Shown here in pieces: positions 1-11,109 of a stretch of DNA of 28,000 nt; within the stretch, counting starts at the first letter, position 1; the number at the start of each line of letters is the position of its first letter. The notes below the pieces were generated by a model. The model made no database searches. It was not told the origin of the DNA and saw only the letters and a program-made list of their open reading frames with translations. The stretch lies in assembly GCA_903813345.2 (NCBI GenBank), contig CAIIXF020000001.1, forward strand, positions 49,972,001 to 50,000,000, given 5' to 3'. Both the position numbers and the translations under genes were made by a program. This DNA is from Owenia fusiformis. Its lineage: Eukaryota.

Positions 1-80
1 TGTAGAGAACAAAAAATCTATATAAGACAACCAGCTTAACTGATTACCTTTTGTGACATTAATTAGTCTATATTACATAC

Positions 81-469
81 CATCTATGATATGGCGACAC
101 TTTTTGAAGAAGAGTTTCCAGTTTTATTCCAATTCCATCTTGCACTTGGGCCCCATACTTTGTTTTCAAGACTTCATACATCCACAGCACTATAACACAT
201 ATTGTGAGAACAAACAGAGCGATGTTCTTTTGAAAATCCAAATACATTGCATAGCCAAAATATCCAGCATATGCTAAGACAAGGAGAATCTTTATCATTT
301 GCAAAATGAAATTTCTGTTGTTCACATAAAACGTTCTGAGATTCTGCTGAATTTTGAGGACTTTGTTTGGTGGTTCTGGAGGCTCCCTCTGAGTCATGTT
401 GGTCTTTGTTCCATGCATGGCACAATGTTCCAATGTTTCTTCTGTTGATTTGTTTTCAATTTCAGTCAT
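81..469 (-). CDS. First coding exon of an SLC28 (concentrative nucleoside transporter, CNT)-like gene; downstream exons lie off the left edge
   Basis: Acceptor tttcaatttattccag (exon starts 474), ATG at 469, donor ATG|GTATGT after 81. Peptide ...ILLVLAYAGYFGYAMYLDFQKNIALFVLTICVIVLWMYEVLKTKY...HRW resembles the N-terminal TM1-TM2 region of eukaryotic CNTs. Confidence 0.7.
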
Positions 470-722
470 TCTGTCTGGAATAAATTGAAACCTACAGTAC
501 AGTATCAACAAAATGTATGATAAGATCTCTGAATTTAAAAATATATTTCACTTGCACACTGAACTAGAACAAACAAGTATTAGATAATCTTGAAAATGCT
601 ACTATTGTCCGAATCCCTTTTTCTGTGCATCAAACCTGTTTGTGGCCTGGTTGTTGGAAAGAAAATTTTTTTAATCAAAGGATTGGTTACATGGATTAAT
701 AAAAGAGCCATTACCTTAGGTT

Positions 723-860
723 CAGGCCCTAAGCCAGTTTTGAAAAATCCCAGGGCGAAAAATCACTTGAAAAGTGCTCAAAATGGTGAAAAAGTGCACG
801 ATTTTGAAAGATTTTTTTGGCCGGTGAGGGTGAGTTTGGACACCCCCAGCTATGGGTCTG
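723..860. mobile_element. Small degenerate MITE related to the 5454-5640 element, in opposite orientation
   Basis: Imperfect termini caggccctaagcc...gctatgggtctg. The internal aaaatcacttgaaaagtgctc...gattttgaaagatttttttgg matches the reverse complement of ~5500-5570. Confidence 0.55.
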
Positions 861-2313
861 ATATTCAGGCAAATTACTTCTCAGCATTAACTGCCCCTTT
901 AAAGAACTTAACAATTATTACTAGCAAATTCTTACCCTCTATGTGTATTACTCCAAGTAGGACTTTAAAATAGATCTGTTAACCTCTTGATCATAAATTA
1001 CCGAAAATGTAAGATACTATTGACATATATGCATTTATATCAGAACACAAGTCATCAAGAGTTCACGTGCATGAAAGTACATTCATCATTAGGCCTATAA
1101 ATGCTTAGTTGACAAAATAGAACCACAAGTCTGCATGTACATGTATATCGATATTGCCTGAAATGTTATCATGTCCAATTTTGAGATTCTAAAAAAAATT
1201 CATAATGAGATTCTCCAAACAGAGGCCTCCAGATCTCATACCTCCTTCTTCCAAGAAGGAATGCAGTTGATGTATAGTGCACTGCATTCGGAGGATGTCA
1301 TAATGAGTGCAAATTTCAGATTTTCATCCTAAGATATATATAACAACTTACCTCTATGTAAGGATATCCAATTACTATTTTTGTTATCTTATTACTAAAT
1401 AGTTAGTGTATATCAACAGCTGAATTGAATTATTTTCATCCTTAATTATTCTCTCATTTAGCATTCTTGTTAAATCATCACCTCTGTATAAAGTAGTTTC
1501 GAAACCAAATGTTTGGTAATCAACTAGTATATACACATTTCTGTTATATGAGAGTATGACGGGTTCACTGAGATAAGGGATAAGGGAGAAAATGCATTTA
1601 AAGTATATGGCTTATGAAACTATAATAGTATGTATATGTAATGAGAATGAGAATTTACAACTTCCCCTTCAAAATCTAAATAAGGCCTCTATAAAATATG
1701 AGGTATACATTATAAGAGCTGCAATAATGCGTGCAGTAAGAAATGCGAGGACCCTTGACAGACCCCCTTTACATCATAGATCATATAAATGTGATATCTT
1801 AAATCTAAATAAAACTACTACATTATGTACACAACATTGATAACCTCACCAGGTAGCCCCTGATTGTGTGCTACTTACTGACAATGTCTTTGAGGATTAA
1901 CGATAAAAGTCAAAGAATACATTGAGTTTAACTGTCTGTATTGACATACATGTATAAAAAACACTTAAAAAATCTTGAAGATATGTCTACCCTCTGAACA
2001 CAGAGCTCAAGGGAAAGGGGGGAGGGGGCAGAGTGGATGATATCTGAAGTCCTGTGCTTGGAGGATTTTAAATAATGAGACCTGATAACTCACTCTTAAT
2101 ATGGCCAATCATTAAACATGTAAGTAAAGAACTATGATCAGAAAAATCAATATACTTCGATTATAGCATATCTGAAGTTATATATGGCAAGATGTAAACA
2201 CCAGAACAGACTTGAAAGACAACCCACTAGTGAAAATGAGTGAACTGCCATCTATATGAGTCCTGAATCCCATTGATTCATGTTGACAAAGTGAAAGGTG
2301 GGAAGCAAGATAC

Positions 2314-3558
2314 CACTGGTGATCCACTCGATTACGCTGGTTACCAAAACGAACCGTTTTGGTAACAAAATGTCGGAACGTCGAAGGCACGATTTTTCTT
2401 TTTTCCTTATTTCACACGTTGTAGGGAGAATCCCTACGACGTTTTTTCTCACAATGTGCAGCAGTATCATATGTTTTAGAAAATGTACATGTTTGCGAAA
2501 AAATAGCTCAGAGGACAACAGAATCGTCGATTTACTTCCTCACTTAAGTTACATAAACGGTTTTTCGAAAAACAGTTAAGATCTGCACTTTTAACACAAA
2601 CCGTTTATGTAACTTAAGTGAGGAAGTAAATCGACGATTCTGTTGTCTTCTGAACTATTTGTTCGCAAATATGTACAATTTCTTAAACATATGATATTAT
2701 TATATACCCAATATGTAACACTAATCCTGATTGGTCAATACCTAGTCACGTGTTCCGAAATAGATTTACTATTTCCCTCGGAAAGTTATATTCCCTCAAA
2801 TGTGACGTCAGCGGGAATATACATTTGAACTATTGCCCGCTGACGTCACGATTGCAACTTCTATGACCCTTAGAAACGTCTGCGCATCATCACTGCGCAG
2901 ACGAAAAACAGAAAAATGGAGGATGAGCACAAACACAAATCAACTCCGTTCACCATGACAGACGTGCGTGAACGATACAGTATAAGCAACGTGTATAAAG
3001 TTCCCTAAGCTCAATACGTCTGTGTAATTTCAAGTGTTATGATAATCTATTCCGCGTGTTAAACGCGATTGAATTTGTCAAGTGAGAGTCTCAGAGGCAA
3101 AAATTTCTGTTGAGCATCTGATGACGTCACAGCTTATAATGCTAACAATGGACCCGGGGAGGGGGCTTTCTAAGCCTTTTTGGCCTTTGCAGAGGAAACG
3201 GGACAAGAGTCAGTATAGGGTATATAATAAAACAAATAGTGACTGCCTAATTTCGAGCAATAGTGTAAATGATTTCCCCTTGGGAATATCCTCTACAATG
3301 TACTATTCCCTCAGCCTGCGGCTTCGGGAATAGTACATTGTAGAGGATATTCCCCCGGGGAAATAATTTACACTATTGCCCTCAATGGCAGTCACTATTT
3401 GTATACTGATACACGTTTGTGTTAGAAAATGTCGTGGTAATTCTGCCTACAACGTGTAAAATAAGGAAACGAGAAAATCGTACCTTCCGGATGTTCCGAC
3501 ATTTTGTTACCAAAACGAACCGTTTTGGTAACCAGCGTAATCGAGTGGATCACCAGTG
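2314..3558. mobile_element. Palindromic non-autonomous DNA transposon (MITE) with 7-bp TSD, interrupted by a nested insertion
   Basis: TIRs cactggtgatccactcgattacgctggttaccaaaac / gttttggtaaccagcgtaatcgagtggatcaccagtg. Direct repeat AAGATAC on both flanks (2307-2313, 3559-3565). An uninterrupted copy lies at 27349-27828. Confidence 0.9.
2697..3403. mobile_element. Nested non-autonomous element with an internal segment complementary to both ends and a ~170-nt 3' hairpin
   Basis: Absent from the sister MITE copy, whose empty site reads catatgaTActgatacacg. ttattatataccc (2697-2709) pairs with gggtatataataa (3218-3230), and acaaatagtgactgcc (3232-3247) pairs with ggcagtcactatttgt (3387-3402). 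Confidence 0.85.
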
Positions 3559-4389
3559 AAGATACATTGAGATTAACTGCCTCTCTTAACTTTGACTGAA
3601 AACAATCCCATTCTTACAAACTATTTGTCATGTAGAGAAATCTGAATTTCCTCACTTGTAACTTTTGTTAACTTGTAACTTCAAAGATTATCACCAAAAG
3701 TATTATATTCCAAAACTAGTAATTGAAATGTTTTGGATTTCTTCAGTAATCTTTCAATTTTTAAATATATTTTTTCAGTAATTCTTCAGTTTTGAAAAAT
3801 TACATTAAAAATGACCAATTCAAGTTATTATCACTGAAACAGTTATTGTAATTCCCCTTAAATACAGTAATACAAGTCGTTAACATGAAAAATGTCACCA
3901 CCTGACATTTGTTACAGACACTGACCACTGAATGCCAAACACCAACTGCCAAACACCAACCATCATCCATAAAAAGTTGGAGATCCTAACAATATGTCAT
4001 CATTTGTGTTGGTGACATAAAAACACTCTACTATACCTTGCATTGGTTGTTCATGAGCAACCCTTTTGGCTTATTGGTAATGATTATGTTATTTGTTTTT
4101 ATTTGTCTGTTCCTTATTAATGGTTTATTGGATAACGTTAGATGTTAATAAGGTACTTTCAATAATATATAAACAATACAATTGGACAAACAGAGTATCT
4201 TATGCATTTCTAGGGGTTAGGTATAGTAGAGTGAAATAATGGAAATTCAAAGCTATGATCTCCCAAAAACATCTGAGCCCTCAGTGCCACACTATACTAG
4301 TTTCGTAATTGTGAGTGGCCACTAGATGGGATAATATATTTCAAGGCATTTACATAATAAAATGTCACCACCTTGCCCACAATATGATG

Positions 4390-5045
4390 AATCTTTTTTT
4401 AACCTTGAGAAGGTCATTGAAGGTCAAATCTCAAATCTTTAGTCACATCTGAACTTTTGAGAACTTTCTTTTCTCAATTTGAAGCAAGTTGAGAAAAGAC
4501 CTTCTAAACGTTTTTTTTACCTCGAGCAGGTCATTGAAGCTTTTTTACCCTTTTTACATTGAAGGTCAAATCTTAAATCTATAGTCAGATTTGACATTCT
4601 GAGAACTTAAAGATGATTTTGAAAAAATTGGTAAATTTGAAAAAAGTTGAGAAAATACCTTTTTGACCTTTTAAAACTTTTTTTTACCTTGAGAAGGTAA
4701 TTGAAGGTCAAATCTTAAATCTAAAGTCATATTTGAAATTCTGAGAACATGTAGATGATTTAAAAAAAAGGTTAATTTGAAGCAAGTTGAAAACAGACCT
4801 TTTTTGACCTTGAGAATGTCATTGAAGGTCAAATCTTCTTTGACCTTGAGGAGGACATCGAAGGTCAAATTTCAAATCTATAGTCAGATTTGAACTTTTG
4901 AGAACTTGTAGATGATTTTGAAAAAAATCAATTTGGTCAATTTGAAGCAAGTTGAAAAATACCTTTTTTACCCTTTTTACATTTTACATAAATCTCAAAT
5001 CTAGAGTCAGATTTGAACTTCTGAAAACTTGTAGATTTTGAAAGA
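4390..5045. repeat. Degenerate tandem repeat, unit about 140 bp
   Basis: ttgaaggtcaaatc recurs at ~4417, ~4559, ~4701, ~4822 and ~4860, with repeated agtcagatttgaacttttgagaac and tttgaagcaagttga blocks. Confidence 0.75.
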
Positions 5046-5453
5046 ATAAAAGTCAGTCAAAACAGTATTTGTCAAGTTATTGGAATTTGTAAGAATTTGT
5101 TACAGATGCCAACCGCCGTCACAGAAAATGGAGACCATAACAACACTTGCTATGATGATGTATCAACAAAAATAGTGATTTGAAATAATTCATTATAAAT
5201 TACATTTTCAAATGTATATTTACACTTTTTCACAGCATAGATTATTTCATTGTGTTGTACAGCCATAACCAATGACTACAATTATTTTCATCGCTACAAG
5301 AATTTTCTTAAATATAAATACATTCCCTGATATTAACAGATAAAACCAACCTTGAAATCAAGATTACAGCTCATTTTTTGTCAGACATCACCCTGAGCGG
5401 AGAGTCTATAGACAAAGCTCTCCTTTAAGAAGTCCAACAAATACAAAGGGTAC

Positions 5454-5640
5454 CATGCCCGTAGCCAGAGGGGGTTCAGGGGATGCATGCAAACTCCCCC
5501 CTCCAAAAAATTCTTCCAAAATCATACAGTTTCTCACATTTCCGAGCACTTTTTAAGTGATTTTGGGCCAAACTTGTCAAATGTGAACCCCCTTGAAAAA
5601 TGACACAGTCCCTTGACAAAAAAAGCTGACTACGGGCCTG
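5454..5640. mobile_element. Small MITE with 5-bp TSD
   Basis: Termini catgcccgtagccag / ctgactacgggcctg are imperfect inverted repeats. GGTAC is directly repeated at 5449-5453 and 5641-5645. Confidence 0.7.
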
Positions 5641-6120
5641 GGTACTTAAACATGCTGTAATTAAATAATTCAAAATATAATAAATCAGACATGTTTACAC
5701 AAATAAATATAACTTCCTACAGCACACATCCTACAGATAAAACATTTTTCATGGGATTTATTTATGTCAAATGAGAAAGACCCAGACATAAATAACTGCT
5801 TTTAATAAAATTGTTCAAAAAATTTTGCATTGTGTGAAAATGATTTAATCAGGTCAACCCATCATTAAAATGTGCTAACCTGAACATGTCACATTTAGCC
5901 TCATGTTTAAAGCAGTATATAATGCAACTTGTCTTACTAATGAGTTTTTGATGAGAAATCCTGGATCTTTTGAGTTTTGTTATCCCCTCTATTTACAGTC
6001 TTACATTTAATGAATCCTGATGTGCTCTATAACTCAATTTTATAGTATCATATTTGTAAAATTATATCGTATAAAACACACATAAATTGTAAACGTCCAC
6101 TCTATATCACTCCAATTGAG

Positions 6121-7421
6121 CTACTGCTGATAGACAGCATACATATAATTAGGTAGAGCATATTCCTCGTCTGATTTCACTTGGCCCACTGTTTGGCCTT
6201 CATGTAAGGCAGCATTGTGTATAATATTCTCTACTGCTGAGACTACTTCTACAGTGTTCTCTATGGGCTCAGAGAGTTCCTCAAGTGCATTCTGTTGCAT
6301 GACTTGCTGGATCTGATTGTGTAATTGTTCAACACATGGTAGATCATCCATATCTTTTTCAATACCCTCTGGATCAACGATTTGAATCTCTAATGGGCGT
6401 TGTAGGAAGGAATAATCACGATCACACGCAAGATCAGTTTCTACTGCCGTTAGGGTACCATCATTAGTGAACTGTATCTCATAGCGTTGAGGTAATTCAA
6501 CAGTGGACTTCATGTTGTTTTCACTGTCATCCTGGCAATATTTCACATGGTTATTCAGTTTTACTTTTTCAAAAAATTTGCTGCCACATGTTGGACAGAG
6601 AAATTGTGGCGTGTCGGTGTGTCGCTGCATGTGGCGATTGAGTTCATATTTCAAAGGAAATTTTGCGTCACAGAATTTACAATGGAAAGGACGATCGCTG
6701 CTATGTCTATGCACAACATGCTGTTTTAACTGGCATGCCCGCGCGAAATACTTTCCACAATGTGGACACATTTTCTTTTTTATTCCCTTGTGGACTTCTT
6801 TATGTAGCTGAAGTGATTGTTTGTTGCCAACAGTCTTGCCACATATATCACACATATGTTGAACCATCTTAGAACATTGATGGGAATTGAGATCAGCCTC
6901 ATTCAAGAATGGTTTGAAGCAGTGAGTACATTTATGAGTCGAGTGGCAGTAGAGAGTATGAAACTCAAAACGACCTCGCTTTTTCCCTTTAAATTTTGAG
7001 CAGTATGTACAGGATTTCCAGTCTTTTAATTGTTCATCATTTGCCTCACGCTTTGAAAGAGGTTTGACAGCTCGTTTCTTGGATGCATTTTCTTTTTTCT
7101 TTTTTTCCAAACGTTGTTTCACCTCTTCAAATGTTTTCTGAACATTTAATTTCAGCAAAGGGTTAGCATCCGTGTCATCATAAATGTTATCATCCTGAAC
7201 AACATCTTGTTTATCATTTTCCAGTGCAAGAAGTTTTGTGAGTACCATGTTAAATGAGTCTGTGACTGATTCTCCAGTTTCACTTATCGCCATAAAAGCT
7301 GCGTCATTGTGGCAAGACACCATTCGTTCTTTTCGTTTCTTGATAGGAAGGGCATTATCAGATAGCTTAGAAGAAGCAACACCAGGATTCTCAATAGCCT
7401 CATCATCTTCATTGGCATTAT
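6121..7421 (-). CDS. BTB-zinc finger (ZBTB-type) protein, last coding exon (zinc fingers and acidic tail)
   Basis: Acceptor tgtatttcttgcag at 7422-7423, phase 1, in frame with the 400-aa ORF. Fingers CDIC..H..H, CPHC..H..H, CKFC..H..H plus C2HC-type fingers. Stop TAG at 6121-6123. Confidence 0.9.
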
Positions 7422-7960
7422 CTGCAAGAAATACACAAAGAATAAGTCAATGTCTTTTTTAATTTTCATTGATAATTGATAGTGCTTTAGGATAAACTAA
7501 GGAAACAGCAACTCCCAGAGTGGCAAATCCCACTGAACAGAACATATTTTATCAAAGCACTCATCATTTTGAACATCACATGAGGTAGAAGTATTGTCAC
7601 ATTTTGCTGAAATCTTCACCCATGATGTGACGTGACGCCATATGATAAATTCCTTTTTGAATAAAGGCTCATAACGTATTAGGCTATAAAAATTATTTGG
7701 ACCACTCCAATAACCAATATTTGCATTAAAAGAAGTTATTATTCTTTTGAAAAATGCTTATTGTTAATATTGCCACCAATCTTAGTGATCGTAGCAAACT
7801 CAATTGAGATAACTTTTTGGACATCTATGATAAGAGAATGTGAGAGTCTGGGAACAATTACCATACCATAATCAAAAAATACTCTACCAAGTTTTATCCT
7901 TCAGAATTTCAACTGAATCCCTTAAATCGTTTACCTAGGTTGATAATATCTTATATCTAC

Positions 7961-8666
7961 CTTCAAATCTAGAGTATCTTTTGAGAGTTGCCTTTCTCTT
8001 TGGTCTCCCAGTGTTAGTTGTGGATGACTCTTGGGGTATTTCAGCCTCATCAACCATTTTCTTAGGTTGATTTGATGGCAAATAATCAGCCTCGCTACTT
8101 TTCACTTTTCTAGGCCTTCCACGTTTTCCCTTTCCTTTGATAGAGCTTTGTATTTTGTTTGTTTCAGTAATGTCATTTGTTTGAGAGTCATCTTTGTTAT
8201 TATCAGAGCTAGGAGTTATTTGATAATTGATTTTAGCATATTGTGAGTTAATACCTACAAAGGTATCATTAGCAGTTGTCTTAGCTTTGATGGACTGTAT
8301 ATATTCCTCACAAAGTTCAATGACAGGTTTGAGCTCCAGTGCAATTGCAAGTGCTTTTAGGTGGGTAACATATGCTTCAGTTTTATCACATTCTTTTACA
8401 TCAAGAACACCACTGTAAAGCACTGTTAAAAATAATTCTAGTTCTTTGCTATTCAAGTTTGATAACTCGATATGAGATGATCCTTGTTCTTTGAGGTAGT
8501 TCCAGAAAAATGGACTATTAGCAGATAGAATGCACCCGTGCACATGGAATGTATGCTGATCTTCACTGATTAATGTAACGTCACAGAGAACCTTCTCCTG
8601 TCGCAATTGGTTAAGAGCTGCAAGTAGCTCATTGGAATAGTTCTTTGAATAAATGAGACATTCCAT
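7961..8666 (-). CDS. BTB-zinc finger protein, first coding exon (BTB/POZ domain and AT-hook)
   Basis: LLAALNQLRQEKVLCDVTL...FHVHGCILSANSPFF is a canonical BTB start. KRGRPRK is an AT-hook. Donor GAAG|GTAGAT after 7961 (706 nt, phase 1) gives a 668-aa CDS with the next exon. Upstream acceptor at 8679-8680. Confidence 0.9.
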
Positions 8667-9719
8667 TTTAAGGGATATCTGAAAATACAGAACATTGAGA
8701 TTATAAATAGATCATACTGTATGTAGAGCATCCTCCTAAGCAGGTGTCCAGAATCCGTATCTCCTTCCTCCCCCTGCTATAACCAATTTGGAAGTGCCCG
8801 ATTTAACTGAATCACGTGATCTAATTATGTGCAATGACTTATACATGATATCTGTTGCAGTGTTGCGACAGCCAATCAGATTGCAAGTTCTTAATCGGGG
8901 AAATGGTAACTGCTTATCGCAGGGGGTAAAAAAAGAATATATTCTGGATTTTGAAGCCCTGTGATCGGAGGATGTATGTAGAGGTATGTAGTGGGGGTCA
9001 CAAGTGCTTGCAGGTAACTTGTATTTGGTTAATGAAATTTTTTGAGGGATCCGCAAAAATTCAAAATAACAATAAATGCAAAATATAATATGTCAAATAT
9101 GAGTGGAAGTATTTCTTTTGAATCATTTTCTGAAATATATTTTACATTATCACTTCAGAGATAATATGAATATTTTTTTCCATAATATATTACATCAGTA
9201 TGGTCTTTTGCTTCCTTATTTTCTAGGTTTTATTAATGAACATAAAACACAGATTTTAAAGCTGTTTGCTTTTCTAGGTCAACTTACATAGAGATCATTT
9301 TTGAAAGATATTCTCCACAATCTTGCGGATAAGATGAACTAGTTTACTTTTATCAACTAAAGCATGGAATTACTTGCAGAAATGACTGGCGATCAACTTG
9401 GAAAGAGGAATACCTAGAATATGGGTTTGGCATCAAATCAGACTGCAGTTGACCTGTTTTTTATATTGTGCTTTAATGCTTCATGGTAGACAAAATCATT
9501 GGCAAAGCCCATGACAAAACTAAGTCTAATATATATATATATGGATACATTTTCTGAAAAAATCAAAAGATTCTGTTCAGTGACCTTTCCTGAGCACCTA
9601 CTTTTAGCTATTTTCTGTCACATTTTCAGAGGGCTGAAAAGGTTATTTCATCATGTTCAGGCTTCAGGGTCATTCTGACCATTTTGTATTGTGTTCCCCG
9701 TCATGTAAATGATATGTGG

Positions 9720-10120
9720 AACTAGAGTCCATTTCACTGCTTCATTTCGTCAGTAGAATGGCAAAAATAAGAAATTGGGAGACCATTGTGCAATAATATA
9801 TGGAAAAGTATATTCATAATGTACATGAATGACATTTGTATATCTTGGATTGCTTCTAGTTTGGCTTATAAAGTGTGTGGCCTCTTATATTTGGATGTTT
9901 CTCTGCCATGTTATTTTCAATAAGATTAACATGGCTGAAATTCTTCAAATTACAAGACGGCACAGGCTTATTGCACAAAAAACTAAAAAATCTGAAATAT
10001 ACAAATGTCACTCATGTACATTATGAATATACTTTTCCATATATTATTGCACAATGGTCTCATAATTTCTTATTTTTGCCGTTCTACTGACGAAATGAAG
10101 CAGTGAAATGGACTCTAGTT
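9720..10120. mobile_element. MITE with ~130-bp near-perfect TIRs
   Basis: aactagagtccatttcactgcttcatttcgtcagtagaa... is inverted as ...ttctactgacgaaatgaagcagtgaaatggactctagtt. The TSD is ambiguous (TA or CTAG) because the flanks are palindromic. Confidence 0.88.
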
Positions 10121-10751
10121 AAACTGACTGGAGGTTAAAACGGAACTCTGTGACTTTCATCAAGGTGTCCACAAATTGAAGGAAGGTGTTCAACAGTTCT
10201 AAGTCACTCATGTAAGGTGTTCCCAAGTTGACAGGCCTGAATTTCCATGACATATTTTGTCAGGCAGGATCGCTTGAATACCGTTCATTAGGAGTGATCA
10301 GAAAGGTAAACAATTTGAATGAGGTATGATTTGTCTCATATTTTTCAGAAATGCACAATCGGCATTTTAAATTTTTTTTTTTAAAATACACAAATTGCAG
10401 GACAGTTGAGTTGACAGACCTGTTACACGAGCAAACACTATCAGTAGCCTAGATATCTATCATTCAAAACCAAATATAAATCGAAGTGTCTGGAGTACCT
10501 TAAAATTTAAGGCTCTTTAGCCAAAATGCTAAAGAGCCTTAAAATTTAAGGCTATTTAGCTGTGAACATACTGTTTTGGCTAGAGAGCCTTTGTGTTTAT
10601 AATCCGTGTTTATATTGTTTTTTATTGAAGTTTTCGTCATCTAAACAATAAAACAACACTCTCGAAAGTTTTTCATCCCAGAATGCCACTTAAAAATTTC
10701 ACACATGTATATCACTATATAGTTGCAAAAACATTATTCGTACCACTGTAG

Positions 10752-10823
10752 AACACTCTGGTATAGTGGATAGGGTGCTCGCTTTCCACTTCTGCGGCGT
10801 GGGTTCGGTTCCCCGACGGAGCA
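10752..10823 (+). pseudogene. tRNA-Gly(TCC)-like sequence in the left arm; non-functional cloverleaf
   Basis: A box TGGTATAGTGG, TCC at the anticodon position, B-box variant GGTTCGGTTCC, 72-nt tRNA spacing, followed by T4 runs. Acceptor and anticodon stems do not pair. Confidence 0.7.
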
Positions 10824-11037
10824 CATTTTATTTTGAATAACAAGCCGGAAGTTTGTTCTCTGAGGTCTGGAAATTATGTACACAATTTTTTCTAGAATTC
10901 TTGGGCTTGCTCCATCGCTCAATCATCAATGTTTAATGAAATTAATCACTTGTATTGGCTTTGCTATAGTCACGAGAATACAGGGAATCCCATTTTAAGA
11001 TGGCAAAAACTTCCGGCTTTTTATTCAAAATAAAAAG

Positions 11038-11109
11038 TGCTCCATCGGGGAATCGAACCCACGCCGCAGAAGTGGAAAGCGAGCACCCTAACCACTATAC
11101 CAGATTGTT
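11038..11109 (-). pseudogene. tRNA-Gly(TCC)-like sequence in the right arm; non-functional cloverleaf
   Basis: Minus strand reads AACAATC TG GTAT AGTGGTTA GGGT G CTCGC TTTCCAC TTCTG CGGC GTGGG TTCGATT CCCCG ATGGAGC A then CTTTTT. A and B boxes match consensus and a T5 terminator follows, but the stems are broken. Confidence 0.75.

Noticed and set aside
590..973. 127-aa ORF with similarity to the 5476-5673 ORF (NHLKSA...DF.R.FW)
   Set aside because: The similarity comes from a shared small MITE, and no protein features are evident.
2178..3333. Several 60-93 aa ORFs
   Set aside because: They are chance frames within palindromic non-autonomous elements, with no transposase motifs.
4316..4331. 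CTCF-like motif TGGCCACTAGATGGGA
   Set aside because: Single occurrence with a mismatch at a core position, not supportable from sequence alone.
6503..7462. Plus-strand ORFs overlapping the zinc-finger exon
   Set aside because: Antisense shadows of the real CDS.
7619..7680. ~60-bp similarity to 18155-18210 (cccatgatgtgac...gccatat...aaattc)
   Set aside because: Most likely short fragments of an old interspersed repeat, too short to classify.
8736..9056. 106-aa minus-strand ORF upstream of the BTB exon
   Set aside because: Non-ATG start, no recognisable domain and no fitting splice sites. Probably intronic repeat-derived DNA.
10752..11109. Functional tRNA-Gly genes
   Set aside because: Acceptor and anticodon stems do not base-pair, and both copies are parts of a repeat's inverted arms.
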